From assembly GCA_045604405.1 (NCBI GenBank), contig JAZUNZ010000018.1, forward strand, positions 69,519 to 133,518: DNA of 64,000 nt, written 5' to 3'. The stretch's first letter is position 1. The number at the start of each line of letters is the position of its first letter. The notes below the pieces were generated by a model. It saw only the letters and a program-made list of their open reading frames with translations. It did not search any database and was not told the DNA's origin. Of this stretch, positions 10,840 through 21,012 are shown piece by piece. This DNA comes from Clostridia bacterium. GTDB taxonomy: Bacteria > Bacillota > Clostridia > TANB77 > CAG-465. Position numbers and translations under genes: made by a program.

Positions 10840-12126
10840 ATGGTACAAGAAATTATATCCAATATAAATAATTATATCTGGGGATATCCGTTTATTATTC
10901 TGCTTACAATAACTAGCATATATCTTAGTATTAAGTTGAAATTTCCGCACATAAAAATACTTACTGCAACTAAGGAGTTATTCAAAAGTAAAGATGATGG
11001 AAACAAAAATAAAATTACATCGTTTAAATCTTTAATGACAGTACTTGCTGGAACATTAGGCACAGGAAATATAACGGGAGTCGCATTAGCAATAGCGATT
11101 GGTGGCGTTGGAAGCCTTTTTTGGCTATTTGTATCGGGTATACTTGCTATGGTAATTTCGTATGCAGAAAATTTAGTGGTACTAAAATATAGGAAGAAAG
11201 ACAAAACAAAAGGATACTATGGTGGAACAATGTATGTTTTAGATGAGATACTGGACAAAAAAAGATTAGCAATATTATTTGCGCTAGTTGTTGCCGTGTC
11301 TGCTGTGTGTACTGGAACGATGACACAATCTAATTCATTGGTTACAATACTTAATGCAAGTTTAGGAATAGATAAAAGAATTGTAGGATTTATGCTTGCG
11401 ATTCTAACAGCATATATTGTGTTTGGCGGGAAAAGAAGAATTGCAAAAATAAGTAGCATAGTAATACCAATTTGTACTGTAAGCTATGTAGCTTTATGCT
11501 TTCTAGTGTTATATATAAATAGGTATAACATACTACCAGGCTTAAAGGTAATACTTCAAAGTGCTTTTGGTATAAAGCAAGTGGCTGGAGGAATAGTTGG
11601 TATAAGTTTAAGCAAGATTATAGGAAGAGGATTTGCTATAGGGATGTTCTCGAATGAGGCGGGAATGGGAAGCGCACCAATATTTACAGCCACTGTAGAA
11701 GAGGAAGATATAGAGGTACAATCTAGGATTGCTGCAACAAGTGTTGTGATAGACACAATAATACTATGTATTCTAACAGGTGTAACGATAGTAAGTACAG
11801 GACTATATAATATACCAGATACGGGGATAATGCTAAATAGGGTATTTGGTATGGCGCCTTTTGGAAATATAATATTAAATGTTTGTATGGTGTTTTTTGT
11901 CATATCTACAATACCTTGTTGGGAGTACTATGGAGAAGAAGCTATAAAGTACTTATTTAAGTCGAATTTATCAATATATATTTTTAGAATACTTTATGTA
12001 ATAGGGATATATTTTGGAAGTATAATAATAGCGGAAGTTGTTTGGGATTTAGCTGGAATAGCGAATGCTTTAATGACACTGCCTAATTTATATATGATAT
12101 ATAAGTGTATAGATAAAAATATATAA
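10840..12126 (+). CDS. alanine/glycine:cation symporter (AGCS family)
   Basis: Polytopic membrane protein with FKSLMTVLAGTLGTGNITGVA and NEAGMGSAP motifs typical of AgcS. Confidence 0.85.
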   Translation: MVQEIISNINNYIWGYPFIILLTITSIYLSIKLKFPHIKILTATKELFKSKDDGNKNKITSFKSLMTVLAGTLGTGNITGVALAIAIGGVGSLFWLFVSGILAMVISYAENLVVLKYRKKDKTKGYYGGTMYVLDEILDKKRLAILFALVVAVSAVCTGTMTQSNSLVTILNASLGIDKRIVGFMLAILTAYIVFGGKRRIAKISSIVIPICTVSYVALCFLVLYINRYNILPGLKVILQSAFGIKQVAGGIVGISLSKIIGRGFAIGMFSNEAGMGSAPIFTATVEEEDIEVQSRIAATSVVIDTIILCILTGVTIVSTGLYNIPDTGIMLNRVFGMAPFGNIILNVCMVFFVISTIPCWEYYGEEAIKYLFKSNLSIYIFRILYVIGIYFGSIIIAEVVWDLAGIANALMTLPNLYMIYKCIDKNI

Positions 12127-12387
12127 GTGTATAGATAAAAATATTTACAAAACAGAAGAAGTATGATAGAATACCGTTGGTGATAGGCATGCTATTTCAA
12201 AAAGAACGAGAGCAATTAAATGAGATAAATTATGAGGCACTAAATCAAATGGAATATAAGAGCAAATTTGGTTTTTTGGATGAATTAAAAAAATCTGTTA
12301 GAACAGATGAGGAATATGCAAAATTCAAAGGATATATAGATTAATTTGCGATATATGTTAAAAACTAAAAAAAATTTTAAAAAACTA

Positions 12388-12415
12388 TTGACAATTTTTC
12401 AAAATAATATATAAT
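12388..12415 (+). promoter_or_regulatory. sigma-A type promoter of tRNA-Gly
   Basis: TTGACA (12388-12393), 16-nt spacer, TATAAT (12410-12415), about 17 nt before the tRNA 5' end. Confidence 0.55.
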
Positions 12416-12431
12416 ATATATCGTAGCGAAT

Positions 12432-12505
<74 letters not shown>

Positions 12506-12510
12506 ATTTG

Positions 12511-12536
12511 TACTCCCACATGGGAGTATTTTTTCA
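12511..12536 (+). terminator. rho-independent terminator of tRNA-Gly
   Basis: TACTCCCA-CA-TGGGAGTA hairpin followed by a T run. Confidence 0.7.
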
Positions 12537-12693
12537 TTTTTACGCATAATCGAGTTTCTTCTAACTTCTTAACATTGAAAAATTATGTAAATAGTGGTAT
12601 AATGATAATTGTAAAAAAATCATAACTATGCTAACTATAATAAGGATAGCAGGTTTATATATTCTGGTAAAATAATTGTTAGGAGGAATGTTT

Positions 12694-12900
12694 ATGAGTC
12701 GGACATATGCAGGTTATCTTTTTACATGCAAGAGGTGTGGAAAACTACATTTAATGGATAGTGGGGCGCCGCACGATGGAATTCTTTTGCCCTGCGTTGA
12801 TTTTAAGTATTCTGTAAATGAATATAAGGAAAAGGATTTTAAATTTTGGCATGGTATTTACTGGGATGTGTATAACATCCGTGTTCGAGAAGAAAAATAA
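12694..12900 (+). CDS. hypothetical small protein with a CxxC motif (68 aa)
   Basis: ATG follows GGAGGA. Upstream promoter is TTGAAA-17-TATAAT with TG extension (12575-12603). A terminator hairpin lies at 12909-12942. Confidence 0.5.
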   Translation: MSRTYAGYLFTCKRCGKLHLMDSGAPHDGILLPCVDFKYSVNEYKEKDFKFWHGIYWDVYNIRVREEK

Positions 12901-12989
12901 ATAATGACTAAAAAACTTTCAGTTTGCACTGAAAGTTTTTTATAATATATGTATTGAAAAATTATCAAACTTTATATATAATAAATTCA

Positions 12990-13059
12990 GAAAGAGAGCG
13001 CCAAAGTTCGTAAGCTGTAGCTTAATCGCTCCAATTTGTACTCCCATATGGGAGTATTT
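12990..13059 (+). repeat. degenerate copy 1 of the tRNA-Gly 3' end plus terminator
   Basis: CGCTCCAATTTGTACTCCCATATGGGAGTATTT (13027-13059) matches 12499-12531 with one mismatch. Upstream, AGTTCG... resembles a T arm. Confidence 0.8.
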
Positions 13060-13254
13060 CTTTATATATAATTTATAATAAAAAAGAATAAAAAACTAAA
13101 AGATGTAGATAAATATTAATAAAAATAACTGGAATAGAATATTACTATTTCAGTTATTTTTGTATAAACTAAATGAAATTGCAAAAAATATATTTACAAA
13201 TATGCCACGAAATGATAAAATAGTGGCATGAATGTAAAAAAGTGAGGAATAGAT

Positions 13255-13839
13255 ATGATAGATAAAGTTTTAAGTATTATGAAGGAAAACAACAATATAA
13301 TAACTCCATCTATACTAGAGAGATATGGTGTGTCTAGAATATATTTGTCAAAGATGGAGAAGAAAGGAATAATAGAGAAAATAACTAGAGGAATTTATGC
13401 TACTAAGGACTATAAATATGATGAATACCATGTATTTCAATTAAGATATCCTAAAACAATATTTTCATACAATACGGCATTGTATCTATATGAAAAGACT
13501 GAAAGAACACCAATAAATATGGATGTATCAATACCTAAAAATTATAATCCATATTTGTTTAAAGATTTGGTTAATGTGTATAGAATAAATGAAGAGATAT
13601 TTGAACTAGGTTCAAGTTATAAAGAAACGCCATTAGGAACAAAAGTAAGAGTATATAATCTAGAAAGAACGGTATGCGACCTTATAAAAGATAAAGATAG
13701 TATGGATATAGAAATTAGAAATAAAGCAATTAAAAACTGCATAAAAAGCAAAGAGTTTAATGCTAGTTTGATGTTTGAATATGCTAAAAAAATGAAGATA
13801 TATGATAAAGTAAAAAACTATATGGAGGCGATTATATGA
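13255..13839 (+). CDS. AbiEi-family antitoxin/transcriptional regulator (type IV TA)
   Basis: N-terminal wHTH (ILERYGVSRIYLSKMEKKGIIEKITRGIY), 194 aa. Overlaps the downstream AbiEii gene by 4 nt. Confidence 0.8.
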   Translation: MIDKVLSIMKENNNIITPSILERYGVSRIYLSKMEKKGIIEKITRGIYATKDYKYDEYHVFQLRYPKTIFSYNTALYLYEKTERTPINMDVSIPKNYNPYLFKDLVNVYRINEEIFELGSSYKETPLGTKVRVYNLERTVCDLIKDKDSMDIEIRNKAIKNCIKSKEFNASLMFEYAKKMKIYDKVKNYMEAII

Positions 13840-14669
13840 TAAAAAGTGCTAAAAGTTTGATGGATAAATCAAAGAATTTAGCTAAAGCAAATAATATAAG
13901 TGTTAATGAAGTATTGCAAAATTATATGTTTGAAAGAATACTAGAAAGATTATCTATTTCAAAATATAAGCATAATTTTATATTAAAAGGTGGTTTGCTA
14001 CTATCTTCAATTATGGGTATAGATACAAGAACAACAATGGATATGGATACATGTATTAGAGGAATTACACTAACAGATGAAGAGTTATATATTGTGTTAA
14101 AAGAAATACTAGATATAAAACTAGAGGATGGAGTTGAATTTAGCATTAAGAATTCTGAGCCTATAAAAGAAGAGGATGAATACAGTGGATTAAGATATAA
14201 CATATTAGCTATGTTTGACCATTTAAAAGTTAATTTAATCATTGATATAGCAACAGGAGATTTAATTACACCAAGAGAAATAGAATACAATTATAAAATG
14301 TTATTTGAAGATAGAAATTTGAAAATCATGACATATAACATAGAGAGTATAATTGCAGAAAAGTTTCAAACAGTAATATCTAGAGGTGTGCTAAATAGTA
14401 GAATGAAAGATTACTATGATCTATATTATTTAATTACAAACAAAGAGTTTTCAGAAGATATATTAAAAACAGCTATAAATAAAACATTTGAAAAGAGAGA
14501 AACAGATATTGCTAATGTTAATAGTGTGTTAAATGATATAAAGAACGCCGACTTTATTAAAGAAATGTGGACAAACTATTCTAATCATTATCCATATGCA
14601 AACGAAGTTGGATTTGAAGATGTAATAAGTGCTATGGAAAAAATAAGTTATATAATTAGTTTAGAATAA
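13836..14669 (+). CDS. AbiEii/AbiGii-family nucleotidyltransferase toxin
   Basis: N-terminus has ...VLQNYMFERILERLS...FILKGGLLL and DMD residues of the nucleotidyltransferase fold. 277 aa, coupled to AbiEi. Confidence 0.8.
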   Translation: MIKSAKSLMDKSKNLAKANNISVNEVLQNYMFERILERLSISKYKHNFILKGGLLLSSIMGIDTRTTMDMDTCIRGITLTDEELYIVLKEILDIKLEDGVEFSIKNSEPIKEEDEYSGLRYNILAMFDHLKVNLIIDIATGDLITPREIEYNYKMLFEDRNLKIMTYNIESIIAEKFQTVISRGVLNSRMKDYYDLYYLITNKEFSEDILKTAINKTFEKRETDIANVNSVLNDIKNADFIKEMWTNYSNHYPYANEVGFEDVISAMEKISYIISLE

Positions 14670-14713
14670 TAAAAATATTGAATTATTATTGAAGATTTAT
14701 TCTAATGAACATA

Positions 14714-14787
14714 GAAAGAGAGCGTTGTAGTTCGTAAGCTGTAAGTTACTCGCTCCAATTTGTACTCCCATACGGGAGTATTTTTTT
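14714..14787 (+). repeat. degenerate copy 2 of the tRNA-Gly 3' end plus terminator
   Basis: CGCTCCAATTTGTACTCCCATACGGGAGTATTTTTTT (14751-14787). The upstream 37 nt closely match copy 1 (GAAAGAGAGCG..AGTTCGTAAGCTGTA..). Confidence 0.8.
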
Positions 14788-14953
14788 GTCTATTAATCTA
14801 TTTTTTGTTAATGAGAAAGATATACAAAAACATATTAAAAATGTCAAATAGTGCGCAAAACATGTCTTAAACAGAAAAATACATCATTTTTTTGTATATA
14901 CTGTAAGTTGCTTGTTAATGTGTTAGATAGTATAATATTAAAAGGTGATTGGA

Positions 14954-15700
14954 ATGCAAAAAGAAGTACAGGTAAGAAAAAACAGGAATGCAAAAATAAT
15001 AAAATTAATTGCAATTATTGTATTTAGTGTAATTTCAATAATTGTATGCATACATATATTCCCAGTAATAAAAAACTTAAGTTTAGAACAAGGGAGAATA
15101 GAATTTAAAAATACAGTAGAAAAGGCAGGGGCATTGGGAACTGTTTTATTATTAGGTTTACAATTTTCCCAAATGCTACTTGCTATTATTCCTGGTGAAC
15201 CAATTGAGATATTAGCCGGCATGTGTTATGGAACTGTTGGCGGGACTTTATTTATGTTAGTTTCTTTTTTCATATTTTCATCAGTTATATTCTGGGGGAT
15301 TAGAAAAATAGGAATAAATCTAGCATATACATTTTATAGTGAGGAAAAGATAAACAAAATACAGAATAGTAAAATATTTCAAAATCCTAAAAAAGTGGAA
15401 AAAGTTTTATACATTCTATATTTATTACCAGGAACGCCGAAAGATTTATTTACTTATGTCGCAGGATTATTACCTATAGAAAAGCCATTAAGATTTTTAA
15501 TAATATCTACATTAGCTAGATTGCCGTCAATTATATCGTCTACTATTGCTGGTGCCGGATTTATTGAAGGTTCATTTAAAATAGCGTTAATATCTTATCT
15601 TTTAATATATATAATTGTAGTATTAGGGATTGTTATATATAAAAAGGTAACAAAAGATACAGATAGCCATGAAGCGCTTAATGATTTAAATAGCAAGTAA
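14954..15700 (+). CDS. TVP38/TMEM64 (DedA-related) family membrane protein
   Basis: ATG follows AAAGGTGA. Multi-TM protein with IPGEPIEILAG and LPGTPKDLFTYVAG motifs. Confidence 0.75.
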   Translation: MQKEVQVRKNRNAKIIKLIAIIVFSVISIIVCIHIFPVIKNLSLEQGRIEFKNTVEKAGALGTVLLLGLQFSQMLLAIIPGEPIEILAGMCYGTVGGTLFMLVSFFIFSSVIFWGIRKIGINLAYTFYSEEKINKIQNSKIFQNPKKVEKVLYILYLLPGTPKDLFTYVAGLLPIEKPLRFLIISTLARLPSIISSTIAGAGFIEGSFKIALISYLLIYIIVVLGIVIYKKVTKDTDSHEALNDLNSK

Positions 15701-15826
15701 ATTAATTTATCTCAATTCAGTAGATTATAAGGTTAAACTTGCTAGAATTAGATAAATGTGGTATAATAATTATGTAAATTGTTTTACACATAAATGCTTA
15801 AATAATTATTTTAAGGAGAAAATAAA

Positions 15827-16009
15827 ATGGGATATTGTGCAGTTTATGTTTATGAGGCAACTTTCCAAGAAGCGCAAAAAAAGTTGGAGGGCAAAGTAAA
15901 TCTTCTCTGTAAAGCAGGATGGAAGCCACAAGGTGGAGTATCTTTAAGTGTGACTACGCAGAAGTATTCAATGGCGCAAGCAATGGTAAGAAATTCAAAA
16001 AAAGCTTGA
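15827..16009 (+). CDS. small hypothetical protein (60 aa; DUF1737-like by recollection)
   Basis: AAGGAGA RBS. Promoter TTGCTA-17-TATAAT with TG extension (15739-15767). GWKPQGGVS motif. A terminator follows. Confidence 0.45.
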   Translation: MGYCAVYVYEATFQEAQKKLEGKVNLLCKAGWKPQGGVSLSVTTQKYSMAQAMVRNSKKA

Positions 16010-16044
16010 TTTGTATAAGTTTTAATTTTCACCGAACACCAAAA

Positions 16045-16078
16045 ACAAACCCTAGAAATTTTCTGGGGTTTGTTTTTG
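16045..16078. terminator. bidirectional rho-independent terminator
   Basis: ACAAACCC ... GGGTTTGT hairpin flanked by A and T runs, between convergent genes. Confidence 0.6.
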
Positions 16079-16094
16079 GTAATAATACAATTTA

Positions 16095-16673
16095 TCACAA
16101 ATGAAGCATTTTATTATACATTTCTCTATAAGGGTCCGTGGCAAGAAGTTCACGCCTTAAACGATCATACATTTTATGGGTCTTTTCATCAACAAAATGA
16201 GACCAGTATAAGAAATCATCTTTTATCAAAGCTTCCCTTAACATTGTTGCTGAAATTGGAATTCTGCTTCTGGGAATTACCAGTTCCGCGGTGTCCATAA
16301 TATCTTCAGGAGCAAACCATTTGCTTCTGAATTCATCGTTGCCGTATACCATAAGTGAAGGGGCTTTGCGAATATGAGTCTTTACATTCTTTAAAACATA
16401 TTTGCCCCAATCAGTTGTAATATCATTTTCGTCTGTTAAGTCGGGAAGTTCCTTTACAATGAGATTATCATTGTCTTTTCCATAGATTTCACGAATTACA
16501 TCGATACGTGTAGAGGGCAAATATGGATTCCTCAAGGTTCCTGCTTCTTGCGAGGAACCTACAAGGATAAGTACCCGATCACACAATTTGTATGCATTTT
16601 CTACAAGGGATTTATGCCCTATATGAAAATGCTGAAAACGACCAACGATAAGGCCGATGTCATAAGGCTTCAT
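16095..16673 (-). CDS. cytidylyltransferase-fold nucleotidyltransferase, NMN adenylyltransferase family (NadM/NadR-like)
   Basis: GRFQHFHIGH (HxGH motif) at the N-terminus and an ISAT-type motif (RIPISATMLR). 192 aa. Confidence 0.7.
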   Translation of the reverse strand: MKPYDIGLIVGRFQHFHIGHKSLVENAYKLCDRVLILVGSSQEAGTLRNPYLPSTRIDVIREIYGKDNDNLIVKELPDLTDENDITTDWGKYVLKNVKTHIRKAPSLMVYGNDEFRSKWFAPEDIMDTAELVIPRSRIPISATMLREALIKDDFLYWSHFVDEKTHKMYDRLRRELLATDPYREMYNKMLHL

Positions 16674-16800
16674 ACAAATTACCTCTTTTCTAAATTATTA
16701 TTAAGTATAAATTTTAACCAGGCTAATTATACTATATTTATGTAAATATTGCAAACTTACAAATATAATATATTCTAATAGTTATCATAAACATATCTTA

Positions 16801-17700
16801 TTATAAATTAGAATTAATAATGTCTATTAACTTTTGAGTGCTAAAGCTAGGCAGATAATCCTTCTTTGTAAGGACAAGTATTTTCTGTTTAGGAAAAACA
16901 GGTTTTAAATCAATGGTAAATAATTCTTTGTTTTCCAATTCTTTTTTTATGAATTCTTTAGCGGTAAAGCCTACCCCTAGCCCTATTTTAGTAAATTCAA
17001 TAACAAGAGCATAGCTAGAAAGCTCCATATCGCTATTTAATTTTACACCGCATTTGTTTGCAAATTCATCCAACATTCTTCTGGAATTAGTGTGCTGATG
17101 TTGTAACAATAGCGGGTAGGTATTAAGTTTTTCTAAAGAAATTTGTTTGTTTATTAACTCTGGGTAATTGTTATTGCATATGAAGCAATATTGTATATCT
17201 TTTGAAGAGTGAACGTTAAGCCCTTTAAAATCATCTGTATCGTTTGTAATTATACCAATATCTATTTTACCTTCTTCTAAATTTTTAATAATTTGGCTGG
17301 TCATGTTTGTATCAATATGTATACTAACTTTTGGATATCTTTCATGAAAAGCTGCTAAGTGTTGTATAAGAAAGTATTTAGTAAGAGTAGTGCCAATTCC
17401 AATGCGAATATTTCCAGTTTCTAAGGTTTTTAAGCTGGCAAGTCTATTTTCACCAAGCTTAATACTATCCATAGCAGAAGAAACGTGTTCATATAACACT
17501 TTACCCTCGGTAGTTAATGTTACGCCTCGTTTATTTCTAACAAATAATGTGGTTTGTAATAATTCTTCCAATTTTTTAATACTCATTGTAACTGCAGGTT
17601 GAGAAATAAACAAAGCTTCAGCAGCCTTAGTTATATTAGAGTGTTTTGCAACAGTATAAAATATTTTATATAGTTCGATATCTATTTCAAAATCTATCAT
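16801..17700 (-). CDS. LysR-family transcriptional regulator
   Basis: N-terminal HTH (FYTVAKHSNITKAAEALFISQPAVTMSIKKLE) plus a substrate-binding domain. 299 aa. Confidence 0.85.
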   Translation of the reverse strand: MIDFEIDIELYKIFYTVAKHSNITKAAEALFISQPAVTMSIKKLEELLQTTLFVRNKRGVTLTTEGKVLYEHVSSAMDSIKLGENRLASLKTLETGNIRIGIGTTLTKYFLIQHLAAFHERYPKVSIHIDTNMTSQIIKNLEEGKIDIGIITNDTDDFKGLNVHSSKDIQYCFICNNNYPELINKQISLEKLNTYPLLLQHQHTNSRRMLDEFANKCGVKLNSDMELSSYALVIEFTKIGLGVGFTAKEFIKKELENKELFTIDLKPVFPKQKILVLTKKDYLPSFSTQKLIDIINSNL

Positions 17701-17842
17701 AACTCCTCCTTATAATATACATAAATAATATATATTTTAATTATATCATTAAGGGGTGTATAATACAACCGAAGTAAAAATATATTAATTGTACTATTGG
17801 ACATTTTAAAAATAACTATTCTTGATTAAGGAGGAATTTGAA

Positions 17843-18727
17843 ATGATAGATTTACATGTGCATACTATATACTCTGACGGAGAATATGATCCGCTTCAAG
17901 TTTTACGGATGTGTAAAGAAAGAGGGATAACTACAGTAGCAATAACTGACCATAATTCTTTAGAGGGTTCTCGGCAAGCGGTTTCTAAAAATCCATATAA
18001 AGATATAACTGTTATATCCGGAATTGAACTAGGAGCGCTTTATTCGATTAAAGGAGCTAATTTGCACATTCTTGGATATAATATAGCTCTGAACAATAAA
18101 CAAATCAATGAAGTTTCACAAGCAATTATGCGAGATAACATAATGCGGATAAAATCCTGTGTGGATTTACTTAAGAAGTACTATGGTATCTCTTTTGATG
18201 AAGCAGATGTTGAACAGATCTTTATGTCTGTAGGAAATATAGGAAGGCCAGACATAGCAAAATTATGTGTGAGATATGGTTACAGTTCTAATGTACAAGA
18301 TGCTTTCAAAAGATATCTTAATCCTGTGGATGACGAAGTTGCAAAGCGTAGCACAGAACTTACAGATAAAGAATGCATAGAATATATTGTAAATGCAGGA
18401 GGTATAGCATGTTTAGCACATCCAATTGAGCTAAAAAAAGATATACAAGAGCTAAAGAAATATATTTCTAAGCTTAAGTCTTACGGTCTTGGAGCTGTTG
18501 AAGTATACCAAAGTAAACATACACCCCAATATAGCAAGGAATTACTTAGTATAGTAAATGAGTATGAACTGTTGTATAGCGTAGGAAGTGATTACCATGG
18601 CCCTGTTGTAACTCCGGATATAGAATTGGGATACGGTAAAAACAACAACTTAAATATGAACAATGCAACAATACTTTCTAAGATACTGGAGAAAAAACAT
18701 GAAAGAAAAAGTCCGACTCTATGTTAA
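17843..18727 (+). CDS. PHP-domain metal-dependent phosphoesterase
   Basis: ATG follows AAGGAGGA. MIDLHVHTIYSDGE, AITDHN, LAHP and GSDYHG motifs. Confidence 0.8.
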   Translation: MIDLHVHTIYSDGEYDPLQVLRMCKERGITTVAITDHNSLEGSRQAVSKNPYKDITVISGIELGALYSIKGANLHILGYNIALNNKQINEVSQAIMRDNIMRIKSCVDLLKKYYGISFDEADVEQIFMSVGNIGRPDIAKLCVRYGYSSNVQDAFKRYLNPVDDEVAKRSTELTDKECIEYIVNAGGIACLAHPIELKKDIQELKKYISKLKSYGLGAVEVYQSKHTPQYSKELLSIVNEYELLYSVGSDYHGPVVTPDIELGYGKNNNLNMNNATILSKILEKKHERKSPTLC

Positions 18728-19484
18728 TAGCACAAAAGCCATAGCAATTACTTTATCTGAATTTATAAAAGAGGAATTAAAATTACAAGGATATACGATA
18801 GTAGAAGCTGAAGCGGATATTGTTATTGGTTTCGGCGGAGATGGAACATTACTTCATTTTCTAAGGCAAAACAACTATGATATGAAAGCAAAATATATTG
18901 GAATAAACTGTGGCACTTTAGGATTTTTACAAGATTTTAATGTAGACGATGTAAAAAAGTTTGTAACCAATATACCTATGTATGTTGAACAGGTGTTGCA
19001 GTTTATTGTAATAGAAATTGAGTCTCGGGGTCAGAAAAAAGAATATAAAGCTCTTAATGAGTTTGTTATTCAAGATGCTCTAGACAAAAGTTTTAGGTCA
19101 ACAATGAGTGTAGAAAATGAGTTTTTGGAGAATTTTGTAGGCACAGGACTTATTTTCTCAACACCAACAGGTTCTACTGCTATTAATCTTTCAGCAGGAG
19201 GATGTATAATTCATCCAAATATTGATATGATTCAGATAACCCCAAGAGAAGCTATTGCAAATAGCAAAATGCACTGCCTGTCAAAGAGCATATGCATTCC
19301 TAAGGATTTTGATATTACGCTTACTCCTAGTAGTACAGAACATATAAAAGTTTACTCGGATGGGGAAAAGGTATATGAGGGTCCATATAATAAAGTTAGA
19401 GTATATTACTCGAAGCAAGGAATGTTGAAGCTTAAGGATAAGAAAGATAGCTTTATAAAAACAATAAGAGAAAAACTTATATAA
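18699..19484 (+). CDS. nadK: NAD kinase
   Basis: GFGGDGTLL motif, NCGTLGFL and TPTGSTAINLSAGG. The internal ATG at 18699 gives the usual length of about 261 aa. Confidence 0.85.
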   Translation: MKEKVRLYVNSTKAIAITLSEFIKEELKLQGYTIVEAEADIVIGFGGDGTLLHFLRQNNYDMKAKYIGINCGTLGFLQDFNVDDVKKFVTNIPMYVEQVLQFIVIEIESRGQKKEYKALNEFVIQDALDKSFRSTMSVENEFLENFVGTGLIFSTPTGSTAINLSAGGCIIHPNIDMIQITPREAIANSKMHCLSKSICIPKDFDITLTPSSTEHIKVYSDGEKVYEGPYNKVRVYYSKQGMLKLKDKKDSFIKTIREKLI

Positions 19485-19545
19485 TTGCATACTAGAAAAT
19501 CTAAAAGCAAGCGATTACGAGTAACGTAGTCGCTTGCTTTTGTTA

Positions 19546-20676
19546 TTATAAAAGCTTTTTAATTTCATCTACTTTATCCAATTTTTCATAAGGAAGATTT
19601 TCCTTACCGAAATGAGAGTAAGCAGTAGTTTTGCTATATATAGGCTGTTTTAAATTTAATTGTTTTATCATATTGTTTGGAGAAAAATCAAAAATGTTGT
19701 GTATAATTTTTTCTATTATATCAATATGTGTTTTTTCAGTTCCATATGTATCAACAAATATAGATAATGGACGACTAATACCTATTGCAAACGAAACTTG
19801 AATCATAATTTTGTCACACAATCCACTTGCTACTATATTTTTACATACATAACGTGCATAGTATGCTGCGGTTCTATCTACTTTAGTGTAATCCTTTCCG
19901 GAAAAAGCTCCTCCGCCATGAGGAATAACACCACCATAGGTGTCTACTATAATTTTTCTGCCAGTAAGACCAGTATCACCTACAGGACCACCTATTACAA
20001 ATCTACCAGTAGGATTTATAAATATTTTTGTATTTTCGTCTAAATATTGCTTAGGAATAACTTGGTTAATAACATGCTTTTTGATATCTTCGCGAAGCAT
20101 GTCCATATCTACTTCCTTGTGTTGAGTTGAAATAACAATAGTATCTATCCCTATAAACTTGTCGTTTTCAAATTTTCCTGTAACTTGAGTTTTACCGTCA
20201 GGACAAAGATATGGAATAACACCTTGTTTTCTTACTTGTTCTAGCCTTAGCGCAAGTTTATTTGCAAAGTATGCAGTATATGGCATGAAACTATCTGTCT
20301 CATTTGTAGCATAACCAAACATCATTCCTTGATCGCCTGCGCCTATATCTTCTGTATTTACACCTCTACTTATATCTTCAGATTGAGTATTTAGTATTAT
20401 TTCAATTTCAACATTATGGCCATTAAAACCTAATTCGTCATTGTCATAACCAATATCTATTATGGCATCTCTTACGATTTTTTCTACATCAACAGTTGCT
20501 TTACTTGTTATTTCGCCTGAAACAACAACTTTCTTGTGAGTTGCAAAAGTCTCACATGCTACTCTAGAATTTGGATCTTGTTCTAAGTGGGCATCTAGAA
20601 TTTTGTCGCTAATGATATCGCACATTTTATCTGGATGACCAATTGTCACAGATTCGCTTGTAAATAATTTATACAT
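19546..20676 (-). CDS. metK: S-adenosylmethionine synthetase
   Basis: MYKLFTSESVTIGHPDK, GAGDQGMMFGYA, GGGAFSGKD. ATG at 20676 follows GGAGG. Confidence 0.95.
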   Translation of the reverse strand: MYKLFTSESVTIGHPDKMCDIISDKILDAHLEQDPNSRVACETFATHKKVVVSGEITSKATVDVEKIVRDAIIDIGYDNDELGFNGHNVEIEIILNTQSEDISRGVNTEDIGAGDQGMMFGYATNETDSFMPYTAYFANKLALRLEQVRKQGVIPYLCPDGKTQVTGKFENDKFIGIDTIVISTQHKEVDMDMLREDIKKHVINQVIPKQYLDENTKIFINPTGRFVIGGPVGDTGLTGRKIIVDTYGGVIPHGGGAFSGKDYTKVDRTAAYYARYVCKNIVASGLCDKIMIQVSFAIGISRPLSIFVDTYGTEKTHIDIIEKIIHNIFDFSPNNMIKQLNLKQPIYSKTTAYSHFGKENLPYEKLDKVDEIKKLL

Positions 20677-20711
20677 AATTTTACCTCCTTTGTTCTTATT
20701 AAGCTTAAGAT

Positions 20712-20845
20712 AAAAAAACACACTAGAATAATCTAGTGTAACATTCAGATTATTCTTATCTTTCGGTATAACCGTAGGATTTAGCACCTAACTTAATAGG
20801 TTGCTGGACGTCAACGGGCCTAGTCCCTCAGTCACTCTTAATAAG
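20712..20845 (-). promoter_or_regulatory. SAM-I (S-box) riboswitch with terminator, leader of metK
   Basis: The minus strand reads CTTATTAAGAGTGACTGAGGGACTAGGCCCGTTGACGTCCAGCAACC...GGTGCTAAATCCTAC...AGATAAG, then hairpin ACACTAGATTATTCTAGTGT plus a T run. Confidence 0.85.
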
Positions 20846-21012
20846 ATTTATATTTACAAAAAGATTATATAATTAATGGCGATTATTGTCAAACAAATTC
20901 GGTTGATTTGTATATAAATTTAATATATAATGTAAGCATGACGGATGAAAGTATATATGTAGTAGAAAAATTAAATGATAATACCCATAAAATTATTGAG
21001 AGGTGAGGTACA

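Noticed and set aside
12189-12344. 51-aa ORF (MLFQKEREQLNEINYEALNQ...) between agcS and the tRNA-Gly promoter.
   Set aside because: It has only a weak RBS (GGTGATAGG) and no recognisable family, so it may be spurious. It is not listed as a feature.
16070-16300. Plus-strand ORFs 15919..16104 and 16070..16300, and minus-strand ORF 15850..16098.
   Set aside because: They overlap the terminator and the well-supported NMNAT-family gene or the 60-aa gene. They have no RBS and implausible composition.
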